Counted from the first letter of the stretch, positions 32,231-50,171 are shown. The stretch: 64,000 bases of DNA from the human T2T-CHM13v2.0 reference genome, Homo sapiens (GCF_009914755.1 NC_060926.1); one strand, 5' to 3'. Notes: a model not told the origin generated them from the sequence alone. Program-made: numbers and translations.

Positions 32231-33852
32231 CTTTCCACCTGCGCTGCTGGGAACTCACCTGAAAGGGAAATTAACTATCCCTGTGAAATGATCATCCTCT
32301 TTTTCCGCCTCTCTCTGCGTTCCCACGCCCCTCACTCCTCCCCGCCTTAACTCTAAAGAATGGAGAGGTGGTAGCTTAATTGCAAGTTCGTGACACCGAA
32401 AATGATTTCTCTATACACCCCATCACATCATACAGCTCAGTGTAGGTCTTGACATGTTTAGTGTCTCAAATACGGTTCGTTCTTCGAAAACCCGTCTGTG
32501 GTGTGTGAAGTTAAAACCAATGATAAGACTGGATCTGTCCCCGGTTTTTAGTCTCAAAGGAGTACGTGGAAGTCAGTATTAAGAAGCTGAAGAAGTTGGT
32601 GGGCGGAAATACACATGAAACACCTTAAAGACTTTGCAGCCGCCTTTCTTAGCCTGTTAGGGATGGGGGCAGAGGATAGAAAGTCTCAAATTGATGATCT
32701 CGCGTTTGGAAACACATGACTTACTGGACATTATGTAAAGTGCATACGTGGTATACATTATGTAAAATGTATTTACTATTGTGTGGCATTGGTGAGATCA
32801 AACTAGTAGGTTAGATGCGAGGCTGCATTTTTTTTTGTTTTTAAGCTCAAGCAGGTGATGCTTTATGTGGATTTGCTTTGCGAGAAGACTTGCAGTCAGA
32901 AAACAAGAAAAATGGCATGTTGACAACGGGACCTGAAGGATTTAGGAACCAGTGTAGTGGAGGAAGCACACAGAGATAGGAAACAGCTTGATCTTACATT
33001 CCTTAACCAGTATAGGTAGGGCCTGCTATACAGTGAGTCAAGGCTAGGCAGTAGATTTTGAAGTAACACCAGGAGTTTGTTTTTATGGTACAGGAGGGCC
33101 GCGTTTCTAGTTAGTGTTCCTGCCGGGCATCCCATCAGGATCTTCTGATAGGTGTCCTGTAGTGCCCTTATCTAAGAAGGGCAACCCTTTGTATTGGCCT
33201 GAGATGCCTTTAGGGTACAGGTACTTAACCTGCTTCTAAGAAGCTTGTGACTGCCCAGAAAGTGAATGTAACACAGGTTTGTGGTCAAAACTCACCACCT
33301 AGGCCTGGCTAGGTGGCTCACGCCTATAATCCCAGCACTTTTGGAGGCCGAAGTGGTGGAGGTTGGGGGGTGGGAATTGCTTGAGGCCAGGAGTTTGAAA
33401 CCATCCTGGGCAACATAGTAAGATCCTGTCTTTACAAAGCAATAAAAAATTTGCTGGGCATGGGGTGGCTAACACCTGTAGCCCCAGCTGCTCAGGAGTT
33501 TGAGGCAGGAGGATCACTTGAGCCTAGGAGTTTGAGGCTGCAGTGAGTTAGGGTGACAGCTTCTAAACACACACACACACACAGACAACCACCACCCTAG
33601 GGTGCTTGTATTAGAGGATTGGGACACTGGGATTTAGATCAGAGGGCCCTTTGAATTCTGAAGAACAAGTGAGGCAAAGAAACCGTGACTTATATAATGT
33701 CATTCTCATGTACAGTGAATCTAAACCCACACCTAGTCCGTAGACCGCATTATACACACAGATTTGCCATAGGTGGGATGGCAGTCACCAGAGAAGGAAT
33801 CCATGGATGGATTATATTTAACCATTTTGTGCCTCAGATTCCTCATCTGTAA

Positions 33853-34210
<358 letters not shown>

Positions 34211-34676
34211 GTACCTGTGAGTGTTACCCACTATTATACCATTATTAAAGTAGGTAGGGATGGTGTGTAGATAACATAGAAGAGAAAATATCAGTGCCTA
34301 CACTCCACTCCCAGAGCTGCTGATATTGTATGTTTAGGGTAAGACATTTAGTGGGTATGTCTTCAGAATGCTTTTCAGATGACTCTGAACAGAGGCAGGG
34401 CTGCGATTGTGTAATGCTGGGTAGTTAAGAGGAAGGAACGACCACCTGTGGAGCTGGAGAAATTCTCAGGAGTGATATTTTTTGCTGGATATTGATTAGG
34501 GATGCAGGAGGGAGGGCAGGAGTAGCTCTGCCAGGTATTATTAAAAAACTGGGTGTAAGGCCGGGTGTGGTAGCTCATGCCTGCAATCCCAGCACTTTGG
34601 GAGGCCAAGGCAGGCAGATCACTTGAGGCCAGGAGTTGGAAGCCAGCCTGGCCAACATGACGAAACCCCATCTCTA

Positions 34677-34928
<252 letters not shown>

Positions 34929-35466
34929 TTAGGAAGGTGTGGTGGGACCAGATTTTGAAGGGTCTTGTAATGGTGTAGAAATCTGGGTTTAATTCTGTGT
35001 ACACAGGTTAAGTAATGTGATCAGATTTGTACTCTAGAGATATAACTAAATGGTAAGAGGAAGTATGGACTATGGGTGGTGGGTGAGCAGGGGTCAAAAC
35101 TGGGAGCTGGGGAAGTCAGTAGAGGGGGCAGGAGTAGTCCCAGCAAGAGAGGCGTGGGGACTACATCTGAGGGAATGCAGCCTGGTGACATTTCTGCAGT
35201 GGGAGAGATGAGGCTTCATGAGCAATTAAACATGGGACAAAAGGGAAGGAACATTCAGCCTTGTGGGAATTTGTAGCTGCATTGTGTGTTGAATCAGGTA
35301 GTGTATTTGGATAGCTGCTGGTTGCTCTTCTATTTATTCAACTTCTACACAGTGGAAACAGAGAAGAAAGAAAAGCATTTCCGAGCACTATAGTGTTGTC
35401 TGTTTTTGTTTGCATATATAAGCTTTAGCCTTTGCAGGAATTGAGGCACTTTAGAAAATGCAGTTA

Positions 35467-36094
<628 letters not shown>

Positions 36095-36493
36095 TCAAAA
36101 AAAAAAAAAAAGCCACAAAACGCAGCTTGGCAGTCAAAGACAGATTTTCTTTAGTTAGAACCTGAGAAGCACTCCTGGCCGATGTTTTAACTAAAGAAAA
36201 CCTGTCTTTGACTGCCAGGCTGCGTTTTGTGTTTCTTTCCTCTTTCTTTAACTCTTACAGTTAACAAGTACAAAAACCTTAAGTTTCATTTGTAGGGCCA
36301 CAGATCATAGAATTTCAAATGACATATTACATAGTTTGTAAATGTATATATTTGGTTGACTGAAACTTAATCATAATTTAGTTCTTAAAACTATGTGGCT
36401 TGAAGTGGCAAGTAGCAAGTACTGATTTTACCAGATTCAAGTTGATTTTTAAAAGTAACCATTGGAGAAATCGTTATACATTTTTGTTTGCAG

Positions 36494-36658
36494 GATTTTT
36501 ACCTCCTATAACTCCACCAGAAAAGTTTTTTCTTTCCCAGCTGATGCTGGCACCCCCACGGGAACTCTTCAAAAAGACGCCTCGCCAGATTGCACTGATG
36601 GACGTTGGAAACATGGGCCAGTCTGTGGACATTAGTGGGCTTCAGTTAGCCTTGGCCG
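36494..36658 (+). CDS. CNOT11: CNOT11 exon 2
   Basis: tttgcag|GA TTT TTA CCT…TTG GCC G|gtaagg; [19 protein letters not shown]…LQLALA; 165 nt. Confidence 0.96.
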
Positions 36659-36935
36659 GTAAGGAGGAATCAGTGTTTTGGGCATTTCTGTGTGGTAATA
36701 TTAGGCCTCTCTTGTTGAGGACTCTACTAAAATGATGTTTTTTGTAACTGCTAAAAGGTTAGTATCATCCATTTTAAAAAGTAGTTTTAGTACTGGATCT
36801 TAAATGGAAGTCTTGGCTGGGCACGGTGGCTCACACCTGTAATCCCAGCACTTTGGGAGGCTGAGGTGGGCAGATCATTTGAGGTCAGGAGTTTGAGACT
36901 AGCCTGGCCAGCATGGTGAAACCCTGTCTCTACTA

Positions 36936-37193
<258 letters not shown>

Positions 37194-37739
37194 TCACTTG
37201 AATTGATTGCTTTTTCTGTTTTAGAAGAAAGCTGGATAAAATTTAGTGGGTTTTTTTTTAAGTTTTGATTGGAAGACTTACTATTTGTTAAAATGTCAAT
37301 ACTACCCAAAACAATCAACAGATTTGGTGCAATTCCTGTCAAAATTCCAACAGTGTTTTTTGCAGAAATAGAAAAATCCGGCCAGTCACAGTGGCTCACA
37401 CCTGTAATTGGGAGGCTGAGGCACAAGAATCACTTGAACCTGGGAGCTGGAGGTTGCAGTGAGCTGAGATTGTGCAACTGCACTTCAGCCTGGGTGACAG
37501 GGCGAGAGTCTGTCTCAAAAAAAAAAAAAAAAAGAAAAATCCATCTTTAAACCAAAGAAAGGCTGGCATAGTAGCTCATGCCTGTAATCTTTGGGAGAGG
37601 CCAAAGTGGGAGGATCGTTTGAGGGCAGGAGTTCAAGACTAGCCTGGGCAACATAAGGAAACTTTGTCTCTGCAAATAATTAAAAACTTAGCCGGGCGTG
37701 GTGGTGCATGCCTGTGGTCTCAATTACTTGGGAGGCTTA

Positions 37740-37886
<147 letters not shown>

Positions 37887-40492
37887 TCATTTGCCCATAT
37901 ATGCAAGGGTTTATTTCTGGGCTTTCTATTCCATTCTATTTGTCTATATGTCTGTCTTTCTGCCAGTACCACACTGTTTTGATTACTGTAGCTTTGTACT
38001 AAGTTTTGAAATCGGGAGGTATGAGACTTTCAACTTTGTTCTCGTTCAGGATTGTTCTGGCACATTCTGTGTTAAACCTGTAAGCAAATGAATGAGTGCT
38101 CTTGAAGTAAACAGTGTGTCCTGACAGAAAATAATAGGAGAAGGAGAACTGGTGGTCAGAGAGAGGCTCTCTGAGTTCTGAAGGAGTAGAGGAGGCACTT
38201 TGGGCTTGCCTGCTGTCAGCATTCATTTTCTCACTTGAGAGCAACTCAACAGGGAAATTGTAATATGTAGCTGGGTTTGTGAACCCTTGACTTTGTAATT
38301 AAGTAAGCTGAAGTATTTTGACAATGCCCCATCCTTCTTAGACTTCATAAACCTGTGACATTTGGCTTCTGATATAAGGTGACATGTTGCAGTAAACAGC
38401 TTTTCCTTTGCAACATTGTGAACCTTTAAACTATTGGGTATTAACAATATAACAATGGGGCCAGGCACAATGGCGCATACCTATAATCCCAGCAGTTTGG
38501 GAGGCCAAGGCATGAGAATCACTTGAGCCCAGGAGTTTAAAACCAGCCTGGGCAACATAGGGAGACCCTGTCTCTACAAAAGTAATTAAAAAAATAAAAA
38601 TTACCTGGGTATGGTGGTGTGTGCACTTGTGGTCCCGGCTACCCAGGAGGCTGACATAAGAGGATCACTTGATCCTGAGAGGTCAACGCTACAATAAGCC
38701 ATGATTGTACTACTGCACTCCAGCCTGGGCAACAGAGTGAGACCCTGTTACAAAAGCAGAGACAAGAACAATGTAACAATGGTTATGTTCTGAAACCAAA
38801 AGAAATCTTTTTAAGACTTTTTAAGGTTGTACTAATAAGTACAAAAGTACTAGCCACTAGTGCCAGATATAATTTAATAGAAATAAAATGATTACTTTTA
38901 TTTATTCCTGACAAACACCAAAGATACTTTGAAAACTGGATACAGAAGTGATGTATTCTGATGGTTCTAGCTTAGTATTTATTATAATATTTATTTATAG
39001 TATTTAAATAGTAATTTTTTTTATCATAATAAAGTGAGAATCACATCTGACCTTCCTTTTAACTTGGGATGCCTTGAGTAGCCGTAAGAAAGTTGTGAAG
39101 TATATCACGTGGAGGAAGGATCACATGTCTAGAGTAAGGGCTGAGAAGCCTGGCCGAGTGGCTAAGCTTGCTGCCTGCCGTCCTCTACCCAGATTGCAGA
39201 TGTCCGGATCCATTCCTCTTCACAAGTGTAAAGAAAAAGCAAGCATGCCTCCACTCTGGAGCTAGCCACCCAGATCTTCTCTCTGGAGGTCTAAAATTCA
39301 GATGTCTTCCAGTGGCATCCGTGGACCAAAGGTGTATTTTTGGATGATGCAGTTTGTGTTTTCTTAACTTTAAAAAAACAAGTAGACAAGTTAAACATAA
39401 GTGACTACAAGGGGTGAAGTTTTACCCTAACAATGAGTTTTCATTTCAGAGGTTTTGTTTTTCTTTATGATTTATTCCTGACAAACACCTACCACTTACT
39501 AGTTTACCAAACAGCTGGCCAATTTATCTTTTTTTTTTTTTCACATTTTGGTTGATAATATGTTATCTAACTTTTTGTACTTCAACAATCTGAGATTTTT
39601 TTAAATGGCATTACAGGATAATTTTAGTGAGCATTTCTCCTAGTAAGTGGATGAGAAAAGATGCTATATGTCTAAGGCATCTTTTCATATGTCTCTGGCC
39701 ATTTTTCCATTGGGTTGATGGTCTTTTATTGATTTGTATAGTTCTTTAATCAGGAATTTAGCCCCGTGTTTTTAAAATTACACAATCTGAAGTGAAACAT
39801 GCATTCACTTTTTAAAGGAATTATAATTAAGTGAACCAGGAGCAACCTGCCATCCAAGTTAAGAAAGAGAATATTTTCAGGGCCTACAGGCTCCCTGTTT
39901 CTCCCAGTGGCTGCCTCATCACTAACCTGATTTTTGTGATAATCATCCTCAATTTGCTTCCCTCCTGTGCCTGCCTATAGTTTCACTTTGCATGCCCTTG
40001 AACTTTATACATGTGGAATTGTACTGCATTTATTCTCTTGTGCCTTCCTTCTGTTGGGGGTTGACAGATGAGTCCATGCTGATGGCGTGTAACTGCAGTG
40101 GCTGCCCTTCATTGCTGCTGTGGTACCTTCACACTGTGGAGTACCAAGTTCTGTGTCCATTCTGTTGTTGATGGACATAATACTGCTGTGAACATTCTTG
40201 CACATTATTCTGGGGCGCGTGTGAAAGTGTGTCTCCTAGATGGAAAGAAATGCACATGTAAACATTATAAAGAAACATCAAATTATTTTCCAAAGTTGCT
40301 TTGCCATTTTTCACTCCTGTAGCACCATGCAAGTTACCTTACATCCTCTTCAGCATTTGGTAATGTCAAGTTTATACATTTTTGCCAATCTGGTGGGTAT
40401 GTTATAGTATCTTGTGTTTTAACTGGATTTTCCCTAGTTCCTAATGGGATTAAATATCTTTTCAGATTTTTTTGGCCATTCAAGCTTTTTAA

Positions 40493-40787
<295 letters not shown>

Positions 40788-40892
40788 TGATCTGCCTGCC
40801 TCGGCCTCCCAAAGTGCTGGAATTACAGGCATGAGCCACTGCGCCTGGTGGGTTCTTTCTTTTTTTAAAACATTGATTTAAAAATATATGTA

Positions 40893-41405
<513 letters not shown>

Positions 41406-43453
41406 TAAATTAATTTATACTCTTTGTTTTATTCTGTCAGCAGGATCCTCTAGGACTTTTCAGTTTTTGAGACATCATTTTATTTTTATTATGACTTAAA
41501 TTGTAATTTAGTGTGAATCTTTCTAGTGTAGTGAGTGTCTAGAACATAGTAGAGATGTTCAGTGACAGTTAATTTCTTCTTTAAGAAAAATGCATGCCAA
41601 GTTGTTTGTTGCATGTCTATCCTATGCATACCTAAAGATACAGGCTGGGCGCAGTGGCTCACACCTGCAATCCCAGCATTTTGGGAGGCCGAGGCAGGTG
41701 GATAACTTGAGGTCAGGAGTTCTAGAGCAGCCTGGCCAACATGGTGAAACCCCATCTCTACTAAAAATAAAAAATTAGCCGAGTGTAGTGGCATGCATCT
41801 GTAGTCCCAGCTACTTGGGAGGCTGAGTCAGGAGAATTGCTGAGGCAGAAGTTGCAGGAGCCGAGATCGAACCACTGCACTCCAGCCTGGGTGACAGAGT
41901 GAGATTCTGTCTCAAAAAGGAAAAAAAAAAAATACAGATTCTCATTTTACTGAAATGAGTCTTTTTGTAGCAGCTCATTATCTTTTTGTTTTATACCTGT
42001 TAAATCTTCTTATTGCTATCATTTCCTTTTCCATTTTAAAGTTTTTCTTATAAACTCCTAATTTACTTTAATTCAAAGAAAACACTTGTAGAATTTGAAA
42101 TAATATAGCTGCATTTTTTGGGGATTTCTTTAAGAGATGGAATCTTGCTATGATGCCCAGGCTGGACTCAATCCCTTGAGGCTCAGGGGATCCTCCTACC
42201 TCAGACTCCCACATAGTTGGAATTACAGGCATGCACCACTCTACCTGGCATCTGTTTTATAGGCTTCTGTGTGCTTTGAATTATGAAGGCAAGCTTTCTG
42301 CTTTGGGATGAGAACATGTTTACCAGATGATAGTGTAGTATCACCATGAGTTTGAAGTTCACACAGTGACTTTTGTACCATTTGGTTTACAGTAGATCTT
42401 TGACATACATAGGTTTAATATTTGAAGTTTCTGCTGGTCACAAGTGTGACTGAAATGTCCATGGCATGTAATGGCTTCTTTTAAATATTTGCTCGGGCAG
42501 AACTCTAAATTGCATAGGTCACCAGGAAGATATATGAAAAGCAGATCACTCATAATAAGTGGGTCTAGCCAAACACCAGGTGTCCCCACCTCGCAAGAAC
42601 TCTCTATCACATAAGTAGTATTTCTCATAAATTGTTAAAAACTTTATTTTTGTAAGTGGTTGAAGGGAGATTCAGATGCTAGTCCTGGTGAGGTAAGTGA
42701 AGAGGCAGTGGAGATGTTTAAGATAAAGTGATGATTTTTAACTAAAAAATATTTTCTGTAAACTCAACAGTAGACTCTCAAATTTGGCAGGGCTAGGATC
42801 CATGACAGGAATAAGCCACTCCTGCCCTATGTGGAAACTATGTGAGATGTGAAATTGGTTCAGCAGAAGTCCTAGCCAGCATTTATTTCAGTGGGTTTGT
42901 AACTCAGGGATGAATCTTGTTTTATAAAATAGTTGAGTTGAACCACTTCATTTTCCTTTTGTACTTCTATTGTTTTCTGAAAATGAATATAGTATTTGTG
43001 AATTTAGGGATTCGTGACGGTTTCCACATTCGTTTCGAAATATCAAAAGGCAACCATACTTTTCCTCCTGCTGCTTCATCGCCACGTAATTTGTTACTTC
43101 AGTTATAAGATGCAAAGATAAAACTAGTACAAATCATAGTGGCAGCTGAACAAATAGTGGTAACTAAGAATAGGATGTGTGAGGGCATAGTATTTCATTT
43201 TTTCATCAAAAGACTTCACCCGTTTAGGAGTCGTGCCCTTTTGCTGTTGAGTGGCCATGCTCAAGTGCAGCATGGGCAGATCACGGCCAGGCTTTCCTCA
43301 CTTCTGCAAAGCGAATAGATTGTTCTCTGGCATCATGCTGGCATAGTGTTCTTTCATTGTCTTGTTTGCATTCTGACTGAAACCCTGACTTCCTGTGTCA
43401 TTCCTGCTTCTGATTTTGAAGTATGAGAGTTCTAGTCACATCATCCTTATTAA

Positions 43454-43804
<351 letters not shown>

Positions 43805-43807
43805 TAA

Positions 43808-43984
<177 letters not shown>

Positions 43985-45379
43985 TGAGATGGGGTTTTGC
44001 CATTGTTGGCCAGGCTGGTCTGGTGGCTTCAAGTGATCTGCCAACCTTGGCCTTCCAAAGTGCTGGGATTACAGGTGTGAGCCACTGTACCCAGCCATTG
44101 TGAGCATTTTCTTATCTTTAATCCAACAAGAGTTTATTTTTTTTTTGGAAAGTGGTAAGCAATAAACTAATCCTGTCACTGTGAGTGAGCAGTAGGAAGT
44201 TGCAAAGGTTTTTGGGTCTCTGAAGCTTTGTTCTACTCTTTGGTAATTTTGCTGTGGTGGGGCAAGAAGTCTGATGGCAAAAATGTTCTAACTTTTCTTT
44301 GTGATGTTTGTCCCTGGGAGAGGTGGGGTAGTGGGGGTGTCACTGCTGTGTACAGTGGGACACTACACAATGGTTACGTTTGAGCTGATGGTAACGCTTC
44401 TGATGGAAAGTGGAGTTACTGACAGGCTGTAGGGAGGAAAACAAGGCTGGGAAGGGGAACCCGCCCCCATCACACAGCTGGATCGTGGTGTATTTGAGAT
44501 TAAAGTAGCCCCCACTGCCCGAGTGTGAGACTGGATGACTCTCCTCAGGAAAGGCAAGGCCACTCTTCTATTGGTTGGTGAATTTTATCCAGTTTGCACA
44601 CTTTTGAGTTAGAACTTTTTAGGAGATGACCTCTCCTATCACGTTTGCCACCAAAAATATCATTTTCAAAACGAAATAATAGCAACGTTTGTAGTTCGCT
44701 TTGCTCGCAAGACCATCCTGAAAACACAGTCCACTGTGGAACATATTAAGTAGACGGGGGAAAAAAAGCATAGGACATTTAAAGAGGAAGTGCTTACTTC
44801 ATAGAAAAAGTCCTTTGAGGATACCTGTTTGAATTACAAAGTGTGGGTGTGACTTGAACTGTAAAGTTCTGCAGACTGATGACTCGCAGCAGGTCAGCTG
44901 TCCGGATTCCCGCTCCGGCTTCCCACTCCGCCCCCTTCTCAGGTATTTCTGGTCTCCACCTGGGTGGGGTGGGGCAGGACTGTTTCTTGGGAGAACTAGT
45001 TGGTCATTAAGATTATTTTTAGTTACAACAGATGACAGAAAAAAAAAACCTGCAAAGGACTTGACATTGTTACAACCAGACAGTATTTTATCTGACCAGA
45101 CAGTGTGGAGTCTGGTTTGATGCCCAGGAATAGGAATCACTAGCATATTTATAAACTGTCTTAGATGTGTTTGCATTTTAGTTTGTTCAAAATTAAAATG
45201 TAAATTTAGAAATGTCAAGACATCATGGGTTTGAAGGAAGAAATTTATGAAGTTGGTTCAATGCAGATAGTTTTGTAGCTTTTTGTATAAAATGCTTATT
45301 TCATATACATGGGAAAAAAAATTGACTCAACACCCTTTCTCTCTCCCTCTCTCTCTCTTTAAAAATCTGGTGTATTTAG

Positions 45380-45583
<204 letters not shown>

Positions 45584-45810
45584 TAAGTTTCTAGATTTGA
45601 TCAAATGTGTGGGGATAGATACAGATTAGATGGCCAGGAAAGAAAAATTGTAACAGATTTTTGTCTTGATATTATTGGCGTAAGATTAACTATTAAAGAA
45701 ATAATGTAAGCCTTAGCATTCACTACATGTAAATTTAGCATGCGTTAATAAGAACTGAGGGTAGGATTTCAAACATATTTAGTGTTAGTAGAAGCATAAA
45801 TGAAATTTAA

Positions 45811-46105
<295 letters not shown>

Positions 46106-47742
46106 TGAGCCAGTGTGCCAGCCAATTGCTGAAATTTATTTCCCTATACATAGTCCTGTCTTCTTTATCCCTATACAAATATAGATACTATTTTTTCTTA
46201 GTGACTAACAGCTGTAAGTGTGGAAAAATATGGACCTTAAGAGCTGAGAATCCTAGGAATGCTGTCCTAGCTTCCTCGTGCTCTTCTCCCAGCCTTTCTG
46301 ACCCCCAGGCTCCTGACCCTGCCATCCTTGACTGTCAGGAAAACAGAACATCTTCCCTTCTTGATGTGTGCTGTACAGTGTTTGCATTTTAGAGTATTTT
46401 CCTTACAAATATCTTTTAGGTAAATTGTGAATTAGATGGGCTGGAGGGCTTAAGTTGTTTATGTGCAGGGTGGCCAGAGGTTCAGGTGTGCCTGAGAGTC
46501 CTGGTGGAGGCTTTGCATCCTGAGCTCCCTTTCACGTGGTATCCTGTTTTGGATGATAAATTATATGGTCCTCCTGTATGGGGAAATCCATTCTGAGTGC
46601 CAAGCAACTAAACTTCAGTACTGGAGAGCATAGTTTTTGAACACCTGTTTGTAAGTTGGGGCTTTTTGAAAAAATCTATGTGAAATTGAACTACAGAATG
46701 TGTCCTTTTTTCATCAACTATTGGGGGAAAAAAAGCCCAGCTGGAAGCTGAGGGAGTGGAAGTACGTGCATAGAAGGAGAGTGCGTTCTTTTAGCGGTAG
46801 CAGAGGGAGGAAATGTGAGGTTTCCAAATTAATTTTTAACTTTAACCGTGGTCACTGGCAAAACCGGCTAGCTGCTTGTTGAAAACGTGCTGCTGCACAT
46901 CTCCCCCCTCTTTGTTCCAGTCTTTCCCCTACTGAGTGAAGACTCACTCTTTTCAGTGGCCCAGTTCTGTGCAGGTCCTCCGGATTGACCACGCTGAGTG
47001 TTCACTTCCCTTTCACCATATTCTTATAGCAGTTCTTGTCTCTACCAGACATTTGGCCCTGAGTCCAAGATGCAGAATCACTTACATCTTTTTATCAATG
47101 TGATTCTATCTGCTCAGTATCTTGGAATTCAAGGACAAGGTCCTGTTTGTTTTCCCCCGATACCTATCATAGTGCATCATCCTTAAACGTGAAACACGTT
47201 TTTTGGCGACGCACAAATCTCAAGAGACTGCAGCAGCTCATGACAGTGTCCTTGGAGCACTACATCCTCATGCCTTATTGAAAAAAGTTTTGAGGTCTGT
47301 TAAGTTTAGAAAAGGCAGCATATATTAATCTTCTTTTGGAAATTCATACTTTGAGTACGGAATTCCTGTTCCCACCCCACTCGTTTTTCTCATTAAAACA
47401 TTCCATGTAATCCTTTGGAAAATACTGGCTTTGGCCTTTATTATGACTCTAAATTCCAATAACAGACCATGACTTAGGATTTAACCAAGAATACTCAGGG
47501 ACAGGGCTCAAAAAAATAATTGCGATATGTAAATGTAAGTAGAGACATTTTAAACAGTGTTATTTATGAGTAAGTAGGTATGGCTCTTAGGTTAATTTGC
47601 CCAAGTATATTTAAAACTAGGGAATTGGATATGTCAGAAAATTCCACCAGATGACCAAAGCAAATTTTGTATTTTATGGTTAACAGTGTTTCTCAATGTT
47701 AGCAAATGAAATTAATGGGCCAAATTTTCTTTTACGAAACAG

Positions 47743-47839
47743 ACTAACTACAGCTGTTGATCTACCTCCTGAATTTATTCACCTTTATATATCAAATTGC
47801 ATCTCTACTTGTGAACAGATTAAGGATAAATATATGCAG
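47743..47839 (+). CDS. CNOT11: CNOT11 exon 6 (missed by the ORF track)
   Basis: aaacag|A CTA ACT ACA GCT…ATG CAG|gtaata; [32 protein letters not shown]; 97 nt, restores frame. Confidence 0.95.
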
Positions 47840-47867
47840 GTAATATAAATTTTTGTAAATTTTATAA

Positions 47868-48116
<249 letters not shown>

Positions 48117-49020
48117 TACCTCATCAGAACCATCCCATCCATTCACTGTTCAGCTGTACTGTGATTTAGTTTTTACACCGTTAAAACCCTGAGTGGATTG
48201 CTTGGTTTAATGCATATAAACAGTACTTTATCTACTTAAAGCAAAGTTTTGCTTTCTTGAATGACTTTTTCTGTGAGATGAATTTTTGATAAGAACTAGG
48301 GAAAACATGTCTTTTAGGTGTCTTGCTGATGACTATCCATAGGAGGAATGGCTATCCCAAAAAAAGTTCCGCAAAAAAGTAGATGAGTTTCTTTTTTTTT
48401 TAAGCACTAAAGAACAAAATGCATTTTTCATTAATACAGGCTTCTGATGAACCAGGAATCCTGTTTTCGTAAAGTTCCAATGTTGATGAGAGTAAATTCT
48501 TAAGCATTTGTCCTAGAGGTGAAAGCAGCTGAATGTTTCTGAACCATCAAGAGGCAAACAAACAGGAGTTTGTTTCTTGAACCTGCTTATGCACACAGCT
48601 CTTAACTCCTCATGAGGCACACAGCTCTTAACTCCTGATGAACCAAGGATTTACTCATAACTTTCTCCTTGTCATGGAGGCTTAATAGACAACAGAATAA
48701 ATGCATTTCTTGGGCCTCTTATAAACTTGGGAATTCTTAGAAAGCTGCTTCTATTACCAGGCTGTAATAGCTGGTATAGTTTTTTTTTTTTCTCTTAAGA
48801 TGTTCTGTTATTAGTCTGAGACAGCCATTTTTTTGTTTTAAGGAAAAATATCAGTCAGTGCTCCGGGAGGTAATTTCCTGTGGGGTCTGCACCCTCCTGT
48901 CTGGGTGGTGGATGTGGGTTTGAGAAGTAGGAGAGCAGGGTGGTACCGTGTGGGCTCTTACCCTTTATGTGATTTTGGACAACAGTGCCTTCCATTAAAG
49001 TTCTTTTTATCAACTGTTAT
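48117..49020 (+). other. CNOT11: CNOT11 3' UTR with poly(A) signals
   Basis: AATAAA at 48696-48701 and ATTAAA at 48994-48999, the latter followed by a T/GT-rich downstream element. Confidence 0.75.
48591..48642 (+). repeat. 26-bp tandem duplication in the CNOT11 3' UTR
   Basis: gcacacagctcttaactcctcatgag / gcacacagctcttaactcctgatgaa. Confidence 0.9.
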
Positions 49021-50171
49021 CTGATGTATTTTTTACTTTAAGAAATCATGAGAAATTCCTTTTACTGAGGTATTTTCAAAGCATATTTACAGGGAGATAA
49101 TCTGTTCAACAGGAATTACTCTCTAACACCTTGAAAAAGTTAAAGGAAACCAAGCCTGTGATTTTTAAGATAAGTACAAGTTCCAGTCTTAAAGCTGGAG
49201 AAAGAGCAGTACTAAAGATTTATAATAAATTGTCTATAATAAATTGTTTTTCTTACAAAAGAAATGTTTAAGAATGTTTGCTTAGAGGAAATAATGAACT
49301 AAGCCCATCTATCAGAGGAATGCCTTCAGACAATTAAAATGATGGCAACAGAGATTTCTTTTTACACCTAAAAGCGAGCATCCCCGTTTTGCACGTTAGC
49401 ATTGGGAAAAGGACAGCTTATTACTGAAGTACTTTAGGAGTGGCAGTTTCAACAACCCAGCTTTAGGTTCTAGGACCTACAGGACCTACTGATTCTCTGG
49501 CATAATAAAACACTGAACTCAGAGCCAACACCATCACTCATGCCTGAGTGAAGCTGATCTAACAGACACTTAGTCCATGAGGCACATCACAGCCTTGCCC
49601 TTAGAGCAGCAGGCAATATTTTGCCACACCTGAGGACCATTTTAAATAGTGAAATTGCCAACAAAAATTGCAGAAATGCAAAAAACATGGTACTGTGAAG
49701 AGACTATGAAAGGACACTTGCTTGTAGTAGGAGAGGAAACGGCAGGGCATCCCGTCCAGCCTCCGTCAGGAACGTGCGGGTCAGGCAGCTTGGCTCATTC
49801 GCTGCTCTGTGCATGTCTGAAAGTGACCGCATGGGATGATTTTGGAGTAACAAATACATTTTAGTAGGGAGGTTCTCAAATAGGGACTTCGTAAGTGAGG
49901 ATCAAAATCACAATATTGGTGTTTACTTGAAAGACTTTAAAATTTATTTTAAATAGCTTACAAGGAATAGTGGTTATATTTATAGAACATTTTATAAAAC
50001 AGATTTACACTTGCAACACCAACAAAAGCTTGAAAATAAAAGTTTACCTAAAGTAAAATTGGTGGCTGGGTTTGGTGGCTCACGCCTGTAATCCCAGCAC
50101 TTTGGGAGGCCAAGGTGGGTGGATCACTTGAGTTCAAGACCAGACTGGAGGACATAGCAAGACCTCGTTTA

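Noticed and set aside
46530-47195. Four ACGTG (HRE/E-box-like) motifs in CNOT11 intron 5
   Set aside because: A 5-mer cluster over about 650 bp cannot be separated from chance without ChIP or conservation data.
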